NCBI GenBank assembly: GCA_034189385.1
Contig: JAXHVD010000013.1
Span: 32,001-96,000 of the forward strand
DNA length: 64,000 nt
Source: Thermodesulfobacteriota bacterium
GTDB taxonomy: Bacteria > Desulfobacterota > Desulfobacteria > Desulfobacterales > C00003060
Direction: 5' to 3'
This document shows positions 43,105 to 52,699 of this stretch, in pieces. A program made the position numbers and the translations under genes. Positions within the stretch are counted from its first letter, which is position 1. Each line of letters opens with the position of its first letter. The notes below the pieces were generated by a model. That model did no database searches. It saw only the letters and a program-made list of their open reading frames with translations, and was not told the origin of the DNA.

Positions 43105-43246
43105 CCCCCTTTGCAAGGTACTAAAGGCATTATTGGAGGCCGAAGAGAAGCGGATTCCCCCATCCCGAGGCTTCAATTGCAGAGAAGAGGCCCAAACCAG
43201 TGCCCTTCCGCTTTGTAGACATCTCAGCATGCTCTTAGCTTTTACT

Positions 43247-45160
43247 TCAACTGGTTGATATGGGTGCGAAACCTACGTAAAAAGCTTCTCCAAGGCTCAC
43301 GTAGACTTGAAAGCTATCGTCAATCTCAGGCCTTCGATTTAACGGCACACCGACGTCAAGACGGAAAGGGCCGATGGGGGTGAAATACCGAAGCCCCAAT
43401 CCTGTGCCCCAACCAAGCGTGTGGCTGAAATCCGGACTCGTCGTCTCAAAGGCAGTTCCTCCATCCAGGAAAGCGACCAGGCCGATGCGATCTGTCACCT
43501 TCAGTCGCAATTCTGTGGAGAGTTCAAAAAGGGACCTGCCGCCAAGGGGCTCGTCTTCCTCCAAGGGACCCACGGTCTGGAAGGGATAGCCCCGGATGGA
43601 CCCGCCCCCGCCCGCATAAAAACGCTCATCTGCGGGGATGGCGTCACGGGAGGCGCCTACCATGGAGCCCACCGCAACCCGCGCCGCCACCAGCGTGGAG
43701 GGATTGTCAACCATTTCCAGACAGCGACTCAGGCTCACCTTCCCCTTCAAAAAAGCGAAATCCTCACCGACCACATCGAAATAGGGGGTCAGTTGAAAGA
43801 CAAGGCGGCCGCCATATGTGGGTTCCAGCACGTCGTCTCTGGTGTCCCAGTCAAAATGCCATGGTGATGAGACCAGACTGAAGCTCTCCTCCTCGTCCAG
43901 TTGGGTGACCGTGGAAGTCTTAAACGCCAGGCCTCCGCCTATGGTCATTCCTTTGCCCAAATCACGTTCCACAAGGGCCGAGCTTCTCAGGTTGCGGCTG
44001 GTGTAGGCCTCCGGGCGGTCTTCGGCCACACGCACATTTAGAAGCAAGGTCTGGTCCGGTCTCCAGAGGCTGGGCTTTCTGGCGGTCCCTTCTGCGGCCC
44101 GGGTGAAATCCGATGCGGTGGCCGTGAGGGTCAGACGTTCACCATGATGGAAGAGGTTACGGTGCTCCCATGAGATCTTTGCCCCCGGTCCCTCATCTGT
44201 CTTGTAGCTCACACCAGCTCCCACGGAACGGTGCTTGCGCTCGGTGACCCCGATGGTTATTGGGAGCAAGCCCCGTTCATCCAGGTGTTGATCCGGAGTA
44301 ACCCTGACCATGGCAAAAAGCCCTGTCTTGGTGAGGCCCCTCTGAACCTCTACCAGAAAATCAGCATTATAGGCATCTCCTTGTTTCCAGGGGATCTTTC
44401 CGCGCACCAGGTCTTCGTCTACTGATTGAAGGCCCGTGATCTTTAAGGTCCCGAATCGGGCCGCCGGCCCTGGCTCGATGCGAAAATGGACGGCAACGGA
44501 CCGGTCAGCATGGTCCACCAGGACCTTCCGCTCGTCGATTGTTGAAAAGGGAAAGCCTCTTGATTTCATGAGGCCCAGGAGTTTTTCTTCCCCGTCCAGG
44601 ATGATCCGGGCCCGGGCGGGCTCGCCTTTTTGGAGGCCGATTTGTTCCGGTTCAGGCAGGCGAAGTCCCGATGGCGCTGCTCCGGCGGTTTCAATGTCAA
44701 CACTTTTTAGAAGGTAAACCGGTCCCAAGTCCACCTGAAAGGTGACCCGGACAGGCACTTTCTGTGCGTCTATATGGAGTTTGACTTGCCCCCCGTAGTA
44801 GCCTTCGGCCCGAAAGGCCTTTGTGAGCAGAGGAACATCACCTTCTGCTCGCCTGCGCAACTGGGAGAGGCTCACGGGGGGGCGCTCTTTTCTCAGGATC
44901 ACGACATCAGAGATCTCCTCAAGGGTCTTTCGCAACTCCTTTTCCTCGACCCCTGTAATGGTCGCCTGGTAGTCAAGCCCTGAGGGTTTGGCAAAGACTG
45001 TGTGTTCGAGTGAAATGAAAGCAAGGCAGAAAAGGAACACGAAGACCACCTGAGGGCGGAAACAGTGCCCACTAGGGGTCGTCCCGTGGCGGATGGCCAA
45101 GGAGGGCCACTTCTTTTCATTGGCATTGCTGTACGTCTTTTCACCGGCTGTCATGAGCAC
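43247..45160 (-). CDS. tamA: Omp85 family TamA (start uncertain)
   Basis: POTRA-like repeats, RFYAGGGGSIRGY, GLRYFTPIGPFRLD and YVSLGEAF motifs; adjacent to tamB. Confidence 0.92.
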   Translation of the reverse strand: MLMTAGEKTYSNANEKKWPSLAIRHGTTPSGHCFRPQVVFVFLFCLAFISLEHTVFAKPSGLDYQATITGVEEKELRKTLEEISDVVILRKERPPVSLSQLRRRAEGDVPLLTKAFRAEGYYGGQVKLHIDAQKVPVRVTFQVDLGPVYLLKSVDIETAGAAPSGLRLPEPEQIGLQKGEPARARIILDGEEKLLGLMKSRGFPFSTIDERKVLVDHADRSVAVHFRIEPGPAARFGTLKITGLQSVDEDLVRGKIPWKQGDAYNADFLVEVQRGLTKTGLFAMVRVTPDQHLDERGLLPITIGVTERKHRSVGAGVSYKTDEGPGAKISWEHRNLFHHGERLTLTATASDFTRAAEGTARKPSLWRPDQTLLLNVRVAEDRPEAYTSRNLRSSALVERDLGKGMTIGGGLAFKTSTVTQLDEEESFSLVSSPWHFDWDTRDDVLEPTYGGRLVFQLTPYFDVVGEDFAFLKGKVSLSRCLEMVDNPSTLVAARVAVGSMVGASRDAIPADERFYAGGGGSIRGYPFQTVGPLEEDEPLGGRSLFELSTELRLKVTDRIGLVAFLDGGTAFETTSPDFSHTLGWGTGLGLRYFTPIGPFRLDVGVPLNRRPEIDDSFQVYVSLGEAFYVGFAPISTS

Positions 45161-45460
45161 ATCTCACGGGACCCCCTATGGCGACATGCATTGGGGGCTT
45201 GCCCAGAACCTCTTGATCGGTTATAGAGTCTTAGACTCAAGTGTCTTCAGCACGCCTGGACACGGTTGACCCTCTTCATTTATGAGGATTCGTTTGGGCC
45301 GGCGTACGTTCTTTCCCAAAGGTCCCTATTTTAAGAAGTGGTGGCATTTCTATCGCACGAAGGTGGCTGATGCAATAGCTTGATGACAAGGACATGGTCT
45401 CCATGACCGTTCATTTGAGATATCACATGGCAAGTTACAATGAGAGGGGGTAAATCTGCG

Positions 45461-46030
45461 ATGAAAGGAAAAAGACTATTAGGGGTATGGACCCTGGCGT
45501 TTTTAGGCGTTGCAGGGCTTTTTGCCCTTACATGGGCAGGCGATGACATAAAGACTCGCGCCATGCTCCGTGGCCTCGGCCCAATCTCCGTAGAGGTGGA
45601 GCACTTTGATCTTGAATTGAGAGACCGACTAAAAAGGGGAGGACTGACGGAAGACGGACTCCTTGCAGCGGTGGAACGCAAACTCCAAGCGGCTGGAATC
45701 AGATTGCTTTCTGATGAAGATTCACAGAAAGCCCCTTTCCCTCCCGTCCTTTATGTAAACCTCCAGATTCTGGTGCCTGAAGTCAAGTTCACCTATACTG
45801 TGGGGGGGGAGCAGATCTCCAAGGAGAAATCTGGGGAGAGGCATTTCTATAGAGTTGATGTAGAGCTTCGTCAAATGGCTTCCCTGTTGAGAGATCCCCT
45901 TATCAATGGGGAAGTTGCCACGTGGTCGTCGGGGTCCATGGGTTTTCGCCGGTTGCCTCGTATCCAGGCCGACGTCATGGACCAGGTAGACGCTTTCATC
46001 AGCGCCTGTTCAGGCGAAAGCACTAAGTAG
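45461..46030 (+). CDS. secreted hypothetical protein
   Basis: Signal peptide ending TWA; GAGGGG RBS. Confidence 0.65.
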   Translation: MKGKRLLGVWTLAFLGVAGLFALTWAGDDIKTRAMLRGLGPISVEVEHFDLELRDRLKRGGLTEDGLLAAVERKLQAAGIRLLSDEDSQKAPFPPVLYVNLQILVPEVKFTYTVGGEQISKEKSGERHFYRVDVELRQMASLLRDPLINGEVATWSSGSMGFRRLPRIQADVMDQVDAFISACSGESTK

Positions 46031-46079
46031 TGTGAACATGACTCCGAAGATTATTCTGCTCCGTAGCGACTGAGGGGAG

Positions 46080-47153
46080 GTGCATTCAATGCCCAGGTTC
46101 ATAAAGAGAACGTCAAAAAAGGCCGGTCTTGCGCCTGGAACACTCGTTCATATTGGAGAAAAGAAGGTTGAAGCCGCAAGGGTGATGGTCATCGACTACG
46201 ACAAGGAGCGATTTCAGCAAAAGGAGCTGAAAACCGTTGAAGAGTGCTTTCCCTTCAAGGAAGCCCCCACTATTACATGGATAAACATAGACGGACTTCA
46301 TGATATTGAGATCATTGAGAAGATAGGCAAATGTTTTGACATACATCCCCTTACGTTGGAAGATATTGTAAACACGGCACACAGGCCGAAATTGGAGGAT
46401 TTTGATGATTACGTGTTTGTCGTCTTAAAGATGCTTCACTATGACAAGGAAAGCAGCAGCGTCAAGTCTGAGCAAGTCAGCCTCATTCTGTGTCAGCATT
46501 GTCTCATTTCCTTTCAAGAGAGGGAAGGAGACGTCTTCAGCATGGTCCGTGAGAGAACAAAGAAAGGCAAAGGGCACATCCGAAAGGGAGGTGTTGACTA
46601 TCTTGCCTATGCGCTCATTGATGCCATCGTTGACCATTACTTCATCATCCTGGAGACTTTCGGAGAGCAGATAGAAGAACTGGAAGAAGCCCTGGTTACA
46701 AGTCCTACGTCCGAGATCCTGGAAAGCATTCACCACATGAAAAAAGAGATGATCTATCTCCGCAAACAGGTCTGGCCTCTGAGGGAAGTGGTGGCCGGCC
46801 TGAGAAGAGGAGAGATTGCACTCATACGTGAATCAACAAACATCTTTCTGGCTGATGTGTATGATCACACAGTGCATGTCATCGATACCATAGAGTCCCT
46901 TCGAGATGTCCTGTCCGGTATGCTTGATATCTATCTTTCCACCGTAAGCAACAAAATGAACGAGGTGATGAAGGTGCTCACGATTATGGCGACCATCTTC
47001 ATCCCACTGACCTTTATTGCCGGAGTTTATGGCATGAATTTCAAATACATGCCGGAACTTGAATGGCACTGGGGCTATTTTGGAGCGTTGTCCATCATGG
47101 TCGGTGTGGCGGTTTTCATGGTCTTCTATTTCAAGAAAAAGACATGGCTGTAA
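46080..47153 (+). CDS. corA: magnesium/cobalt transporter CorA
   Basis: GLAPGTL, HPLTLEDI, MNEVMKVLT and YGMNF..MPEL motifs. Confidence 0.95.
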   Translation: MHSMPRFIKRTSKKAGLAPGTLVHIGEKKVEAARVMVIDYDKERFQQKELKTVEECFPFKEAPTITWINIDGLHDIEIIEKIGKCFDIHPLTLEDIVNTAHRPKLEDFDDYVFVVLKMLHYDKESSSVKSEQVSLILCQHCLISFQEREGDVFSMVRERTKKGKGHIRKGGVDYLAYALIDAIVDHYFIILETFGEQIEELEEALVTSPTSEILESIHHMKKEMIYLRKQVWPLREVVAGLRRGEIALIRESTNIFLADVYDHTVHVIDTIESLRDVLSGMLDIYLSTVSNKMNEVMKVLTIMATIFIPLTFIAGVYGMNFKYMPELEWHWGYFGALSIMVGVAVFMVFYFKKKTWL

Positions 47154-47263
47154 ACGCACCGAACAGCACTCTTCAAACCCTGGCTTTACAGTGTCATCAA
47201 GAAGAAAACAGCCCTCGAATTCATGAGCACACCCCACATTTGTGTGGAGCACAAGGAGGGAAC

Positions 47264-48349
47264 ATGGTTCTTCTCAGGAGCATTCTGCTCTGTGTCACGC
47301 TTTTAATTGTCCTGGGCGCCAGTGGCTTGGAGGCGCAAGAACAGCCTTTGGGCCGTGGCACCTTGATGGTGGGAACCAAAGAGGCGCCTCCTTTTTCCAC
47401 GAAGACAGAGGACGGCTCGTGGAGAGGGATTAGCATTGATCTGTGGAACGAGATTGCCTCTGAATTGAATCTCATTTTTGAGTTCCGCGAGCTGGATCTG
47501 GCCGGCTTGCTGGACGGAGTGGCCAACGGCAATCTGGATGTGGCCGTTGCCGCCCTGACCATTACGCCCGAGCGGGAGAAGGCCTTTGATTTCACCCATC
47601 CCTTCCACACTACCGGCCTTGGCATCGCTGTTGCCTCGAAGACCAAAAGCCCCTGGATTGCGGTCCTGAAACGGTTCTTCTCGCTCGCCTTTCTTAGAGT
47701 CCTGGTGGCCCTTTCCGCCTTGTTGCTGGCGGTGGGCATCGTTGTGTGGTGGTTTGAAAGAAGGGGAAACCCAGGGCAATTCGGAGAAGGCACCGTAAAG
47801 GGGATAGGTTCCGGGTTTTGGTGGTCCGCGGTGACCATGACCACGGTCGGCTACGGAGACAAAGCCCCTGTGACCGTGGGAGGACGCGTTGTGGCCCTCA
47901 TATGGATGTTCGCCGGCATTATCGTGATATCGAGCATCACTGCGGCCATTACCTCAGCGCTGACGGTGACTCAGCTGGAATCAGGGGTCCGAGGGCCGGA
48001 AGACCTCACCGATGTAATCGTCGGCGCTCTGGCGGACTCTTCCAGTGCTGCCTATCTGCGAGAAAACCGGATCTCCTTCGACGAGTATGACACCGCCATG
48101 GACGGACTCCAGGCCGTGTCAGAGGGTATGATCGATGCCTTGGTATATGACGCCCCCATTCTCCGTTATGTCGTGAACCAGGAATTCCGGGGCGAACTGC
48201 AGGTGTTGCCAAATACGTTTCAACGCCAGGATTACGGGATCGCCTTGCAGACCGGAAGTCCCCTGCGAGAGCCGATTAACCGTGTTTTGCTGCAAAAGAT
48301 TCAAGCGCCGATATGGCAGGACACGCTGTATTGGTATCTGGGCGGATGA
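47264..48349 (+). CDS. GluR0-like ligand-gated K+ channel (split substrate-binding domain plus pore)
   Basis: Signal peptide, APPF, TITPERE..FDFT, TM helix, WWSAVTMTTVGYGD filter, TM helix, DAP..Y; AAGGAGG RBS before ATG 47264. Confidence 0.88.
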   Translation: MVLLRSILLCVTLLIVLGASGLEAQEQPLGRGTLMVGTKEAPPFSTKTEDGSWRGISIDLWNEIASELNLIFEFRELDLAGLLDGVANGNLDVAVAALTITPEREKAFDFTHPFHTTGLGIAVASKTKSPWIAVLKRFFSLAFLRVLVALSALLLAVGIVVWWFERRGNPGQFGEGTVKGIGSGFWWSAVTMTTVGYGDKAPVTVGGRVVALIWMFAGIIVISSITAAITSALTVTQLESGVRGPEDLTDVIVGALADSSSAAYLRENRISFDEYDTAMDGLQAVSEGMIDALVYDAPILRYVVNQEFRGELQVLPNTFQRQDYGIALQTGSPLREPINRVLLQKIQAPIWQDTLYWYLGG

Positions 48350-48568
48350 AGACCGATCTGTAAAGCCCTGAGTGAGTCACGACATCTAAACCGATTGTAT
48401 TTTAGCGGACGATGGGACCCGACAGTTGGAAAATAGGCTGCAGTTGTGGTCTTGGAGCGAAAAGAAGACTCTTTTCTGTACATTGTTCAGCAAGGGAAAT
48501 TTTCCAAACACACCTTGAACCGATTAAGCGAGCGCATTCTCCACAGGAGAGCTACCGCAGCCCCGTAG

Positions 48569-48677
48569 GTTCTGCCTGACGGCAGTGCTAACGCGGTGAG
48601 GCTGCGGGGTTAGCGAGCGTATATAAAATGAGACATATTCCTTACGGTCGCTGCGAAGCACTGCCGCTAGGTAGAAC
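48569..48677. repeat. inverted-repeat element
   Basis: 21-bp arms at 48569-48589 and 48657-48677, 18/21 complementary. Confidence 0.5.
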
Positions 48678-48751
48678 ATTCCCTGCAGCTTGCTGCAGGG
48701 TCTTCAATGGTTTGTGAGCAAATCATCCAATAAGAAGCGAGAGTGGGCATC

Positions 48752-48922
48752 ATGGTCAGGTATATCATTGGAGCTTTGGCGGGTGCGGCGATTGGGGGCA
48801 TCATAGGATATTTGGGTAAATGTTCCGGAAACACCTGAGGCATGACGGGCAGCCCCTGGTCAGGGGCTATTACCGGTGCAATAATCGGGATTATGATTGC
48901 CTCTTCCACTGTTTCCGGATAG
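48752..48922 (+). CDS. small two-TM protein (DUF6132-like) with in-frame UGA; candidate selenoprotein
   Basis: MVRYIIGALAGAAIGGIIGYLGKCSGNT-(TGA 48836-48838)-GMTGSPWSGAITGAIIGIMIASSTVSG*. Confidence 0.7.
48851..48868 (+). promoter_or_regulatory. bacterial SECIS-like hairpin
   Basis: AGCCCCT-GGTC-AGGGGCT perfect 7-bp stem starting 12 nt after the in-frame TGA. Confidence 0.65.
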
Positions 48923-49110
48923 TCGCAGCCGCGCTTCGACTGTGAGCCAACGAAACGCCGAACAAGTGGATCGATGACGATTCATTAATCTGTGCGGCGT
49001 CAAGTTATGGCTTCCCAAGAGGGTCACCCACGGTGTTGGGTGCCGTGTAAAGATCTGCTAGCGACGCCCCGACTGGACGGGGGCTGCTTGGCATGCAAGG
49101 AAGGCTCTCA

Positions 49111-49938
49111 ATGAAAATCTTCAAGATCGGGTTTCCTTTGGTGGTTTCGGGTGCCGTGGCGGCATGTGTCGTGTTGGTGCTCAGGCCCCACGTTCAATAC
49201 CAGGGGATCGTCGAAGACGTCTCGTCATGGGGTTCCTTTTTCACCGTCTTTGGTGTCATCTACGCCATTGTTGCCGGCTTTCTCCTCGTCACTGTTCTGA
49301 ACCGATACAGCGCTTTGAATTAGACGATCGAAGATGAGCTGAATGCTGTTGAGTGCGTCCGGGACTTTCTTGTATATTTGGACGACGAAAAACGCGGCGC
49401 GAAAACTGCCATTAAACGGGCGCTTGCGAACTACGTGAGGTCTCTGTCCATTAAGGAATGGGAAGAGATGGCCGATCCTCGCACGCCGATGAACTCCGAC
49501 ACATCAGAGGAGCTGTACGAAATCATGCGCAAGGGAAAGGGGATACAGGTGACGAGAGAGCGCGACAGTGTCGTCCTTTCTGCGCTGGTGGAGAACATCT
49601 CAGAGATTACGAAAATGCGAACAAGGCGCATTGCACTCGCCAATGAAAGGCTGCCTCCTAGGCTCCGAATACTGATGGTTTTCATGTCAATTGCTCTCGT
49701 GGGCGCCTTTGTCCTCCTGGGCGTTCGGTGCGTATTCACACATGTATTCATTGTCGTAACCCTCACCATTTCGATTCACCTTCTCTACATGATCATAGAA
49801 GACCTTGATCACCCCTTCCACGGTGTCTGGAACATCAACCGGGCGCCGCTGGACGAACTCGCGAAAAGCTTCGAGGATGAGCTGAGAGAGAATCAGACCC
49901 ATAACAGGCCCAACACTCTGTGGTCGGGGGAGGGTTAG
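49111..49938 (+). pseudogene. DUF4239/bestrophin-like membrane protein interrupted by an in-frame TAG
   Basis: FGVIYAIVAGFLL...RYSALN*TIEDELNAV...EW..M...IEDLDHPFHG.W in one frame; TAG at 49321-49323. Confidence 0.7.
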
Positions 49939-49993
49939 GGAAAGGTGAGATGTCTTCCTGCAAGACGGTTGAAAGAGGAATCGATATTCTCTC

Positions 49994-50968
49994 TCACAGC
50001 CACTTTATCCGCTTGAACCATCCCACCAATAGTACTGCAAGGCCCACAAGGCCTAGAGCCACGATAGCAAAGGCCCATTTGTATTCTGCTCCCGGAATAC
50101 CGCCGACATTGATCCCAAGCAGTCCTGTAAGGAGCCCCAAGGGCAAGAATATGGCCGCTACGATGGAAAGCAAGTACATGGCCTTGTTCATCTGTTCCGA
50201 CAAACGGTTGTTCAGTTCTTCCTGGGTGACAGCAGCATGCTCACGGGCTGAGTCAATATCTTCAACAAAACGTGCCGTGCGTTCCCATACCTCGCGTATG
50301 TGCGCTTTGTCCATGTCATCCAGCCATGGAATGCGTTCATTCTGCAACCGTGCAATAACATCCCGCTGAGGGGCCACATATCGCCGCAGACTGATGGTCT
50401 GGCGCCGCAGGTCGGAAAGCTTGGGTCGTAGTTCCTTGCTTTCGGCAGTGAGCACTGTGTCTTCCAGTTCATCTACGCTGTCGTCAATTTCAGCCACCAC
50501 GTCTCCCATCCGGTCTGTTATGCGACGGCAGACCATGATCAGAAAATCAGCCGAAGAGGTAGGCCCTGTACCGGACTTGATCGCGTTGCCAATGTCGTCA
50601 ATGGCCATCACGCGCCTGTGTCTCATAGATAGGATGCGATGTTCGGTAAACAACATGCGCAATGAGACCATATCCTCAGGATCGGCTCCGGGGTTGCAGT
50701 TTACCCCCCGCAGTATCAAAAGGAGGCCCTCCTCAGAAAAGACGCAACGGGGCCGTGTCTCCTCTGCAAGCAAGGATTCCGATAATATGGAACTAAGGCC
50801 GCTGTCGTCCGATAACCATTTTTGAACTTTTTCATTGGCATAATCAAGGTGCAACCACAGTACCCCTTGCTCCGCAGACCACTGCTTGACTCCTTTCCAA
50901 TCGATAGCTTGGCCGCCACCCTGACCATCGAGGACATACGCAAATACGAGGCCTTCCTGTTCGTTCAT
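49994..50968 (-). CDS. zntB: zinc transporter ZntB (CorA superfamily)
   Basis: WLHLDY, ETRPR, LRGVN.NPGA.PEDMVS and LLGINVGGIPG motifs. Confidence 0.93.
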   Translation of the reverse strand: MNEQEGLVFAYVLDGQGGGQAIDWKGVKQWSAEQGVLWLHLDYANEKVQKWLSDDSGLSSILSESLLAEETRPRCVFSEEGLLLILRGVNCNPGADPEDMVSLRMLFTEHRILSMRHRRVMAIDDIGNAIKSGTGPTSSADFLIMVCRRITDRMGDVVAEIDDSVDELEDTVLTAESKELRPKLSDLRRQTISLRRYVAPQRDVIARLQNERIPWLDDMDKAHIREVWERTARFVEDIDSAREHAAVTQEELNNRLSEQMNKAMYLLSIVAAIFLPLGLLTGLLGINVGGIPGAEYKWAFAIVALGLVGLAVLLVGWFKRIKWL

Positions 50969-51669
50969 GTTCCGTCCCTCCCTTGGATTGAAGCCCCATG
51001 TTTAAGTTGCCGCTGACGAAAACCCATGATCGGAATCTAATGGATGCCACAAGACCTGTCAAACACCGGACCTGAATCCAGCCAGATTGCCCACATCATG
51101 GCCCTTCCGTCTCATTGCGTGGGGGAAACCCGTCTCAGTACATGGAAAGAAAAGGGCCATCCATTTCCTACTCCTTTGCGACGTTTCCCCCACTTGACAT
51201 TCCTCTGCAATGTATGTAAGCAAAATGCAGACACACCTCTGGAGGGCAGCGAAGACTTTTTCCCCAGACGGCTTCTGGCAGCGTGCGCCTCTGCATGACT
51301 GGTCATTTTTCAGTGTTTTGCGTTGTTGGTCAACACAAGGGTTCGGGGTGAGTTGAGTTTCTCGTATGGAGGAGGGGTGAATGCGAGTGACTTTGGGACA
51401 ACGCAATGGCCCAGCTTTGTTACCCCCTCTTTGTGCCCATATGGCACGTGAAATATTGCTCAACCAGGGGCTACCAATCACAGTGCCTCCTTTCCATGCC
51501 ACCGGCCGCAGTGACGGCCAAGCAATCTACCTTTGTGGCGAAGAAGAATCACGACCCCACCCTGTTTGCAGGCCTTTTCGCACACCTGCCGGCTCCGTCC
51601 GGGGTCGGATTGAGAGATGCCCTAATTATCTTAAACCGTTAGGCGAATCGCCGGCACAATGTGCGCCTG

Positions 51670-51695
51670 TTGAAACCCTATGGGGCCGACCTCAT
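51670..51695 (+). promoter_or_regulatory. possible sigma-32-type promoter of the second hsp20 operon
   Basis: TTGAAA-N14-CCTCAT resembles the RpoH consensus TTGAAA-N13/14-CCCCAT. Confidence 0.3.
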
Positions 51696-51871
51696 CCCTT
51701 TGTGATCCATGGAATCGGAATGAAGACACGGGGGCTCAAGCATGGGTGGTCGTCCATGTTTGTGGCAAGTCTGGTGGAGCGCCCTGGAGAAGATATCTGA
51801 CAAGACTGACAAGCTTCAAATATACTCAATGTTGCCATCCTGGGGAGGCACACTGACAAGGAGGTGGTTGT

Positions 51872-52315
51872 ATGGACATAGTTCCGTGGAGGCCTTTTAG
51901 AGAACTCGGGACCCTGCGAAGAGAGATGGACAGCCTTTGGAATCGGTTCTTCGGGGAGACATCGTTGCCAAGTGTTTTTTCACAAGAATGGGCGCCAAGG
52001 GTGGATGTCTCGGAGACCAAAAACAGTGTGGTGGTCAAGGCTGAGATCCCTGGCATGGAGGCAAAGGACATGGACGTAAGCGTCTCTGGCGATGTCTTGA
52101 CTATTAGAGGCGAAAAGAAGAAGGAAGAGGAAAAGAAGGATGAGCATTACCATTATCGTGAAAGGTACTCGGGGTCCTTTCAGCGCTCATTCCAGCTTCC
52201 TGTGACCGTCAAAGGCGAGAAAGCGGATGCAACATTTAAGGATGGTGTCTTAACGATCACCATTCCTAAGGCGGAGGAAGCCAAGAAAAAGGAAATCAAA
52301 GTCAAAACTGCGTAA
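51872..52315 (+). CDS. small heat-shock protein (Hsp20), second copy
   Basis: PRVDVSET...AEIPG...LTIRGEK...ERYSGSFQRSF.LP...FKDGVL; AAGGAGGT RBS. Confidence 0.95.
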   Translation: MDIVPWRPFRELGTLRREMDSLWNRFFGETSLPSVFSQEWAPRVDVSETKNSVVVKAEIPGMEAKDMDVSVSGDVLTIRGEKKKEEEKKDEHYHYRERYSGSFQRSFQLPVTVKGEKADATFKDGVLTITIPKAEEAKKKEIKVKTA

Positions 52316-52504
52316 GAATATATTCCCTCCCCGGGAGGCATGCACAGAGGCAAAAAGGCGGGTTTGCCACGATTTCCCTTTGCAGGCAAGGTGATGGTGG
52401 CACCGGTCCAACAAGGTGCTGGTTCAATCATCGCTCTTCCTGGAAATGCCAGCATTGGGTGGCAATATTCTATAAACCCAAGGAAAACGAACAGGAGGTT
52501 AAAG

Positions 52505-52639
52505 ATGGCAAATGTCAAGAAGGTCGGTGAAGTGTATAGATGTGAAGTCTGCGGGAATGTGGTCGAGGTGAAGGAGGTTGGCGGAGGGGAGCTGGTCTGT
52601 TGCGGCCAAGCGATGATATTGGAAAAGGGAGGCAAATAG
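52505..52639 (+). CDS. stand-alone desulforedoxin (FeS4) domain protein (44 aa)
   Basis: [12 protein letters not shown]...[21 protein letters not shown]. Confidence 0.9.
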   Translation: MANVKKVGEVYRCEVCGNVVEVKEVGGGELVCCGQAMILEKGGK

Positions 52640-52699
52640 GAGGTCTCTTATGTCACAGGAAAAAACGCGAATGAAAGAGTCGATAGACTGGAGGAGATA

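Noticed and set aside
48667..48909. 80-aa minus-strand Ile/Pro-rich ORF
   Set aside because: Antisense to the UGA-containing membrane ORF, which has a recognisable motif and hairpin.
51441..51460. TGGCACGTGAAATATTGC as a sigma-54 promoter
   Set aside because: GG to GC spacing is 13 rather than the required 10, and no GGAAC-N5-GTTCC sites are nearby.
51044..51800. Several 64-147 aa ORFs between zntB and hsp20
   Set aside because: Overlapping on both strands with no motifs or convincing RBS; treated as divergent intergenic DNA.
52390..52440. GGTGATGGTGGCACC as a fluoride riboswitch start
   Set aside because: The downstream pseudoknot element is absent and the downstream genes do not fit.
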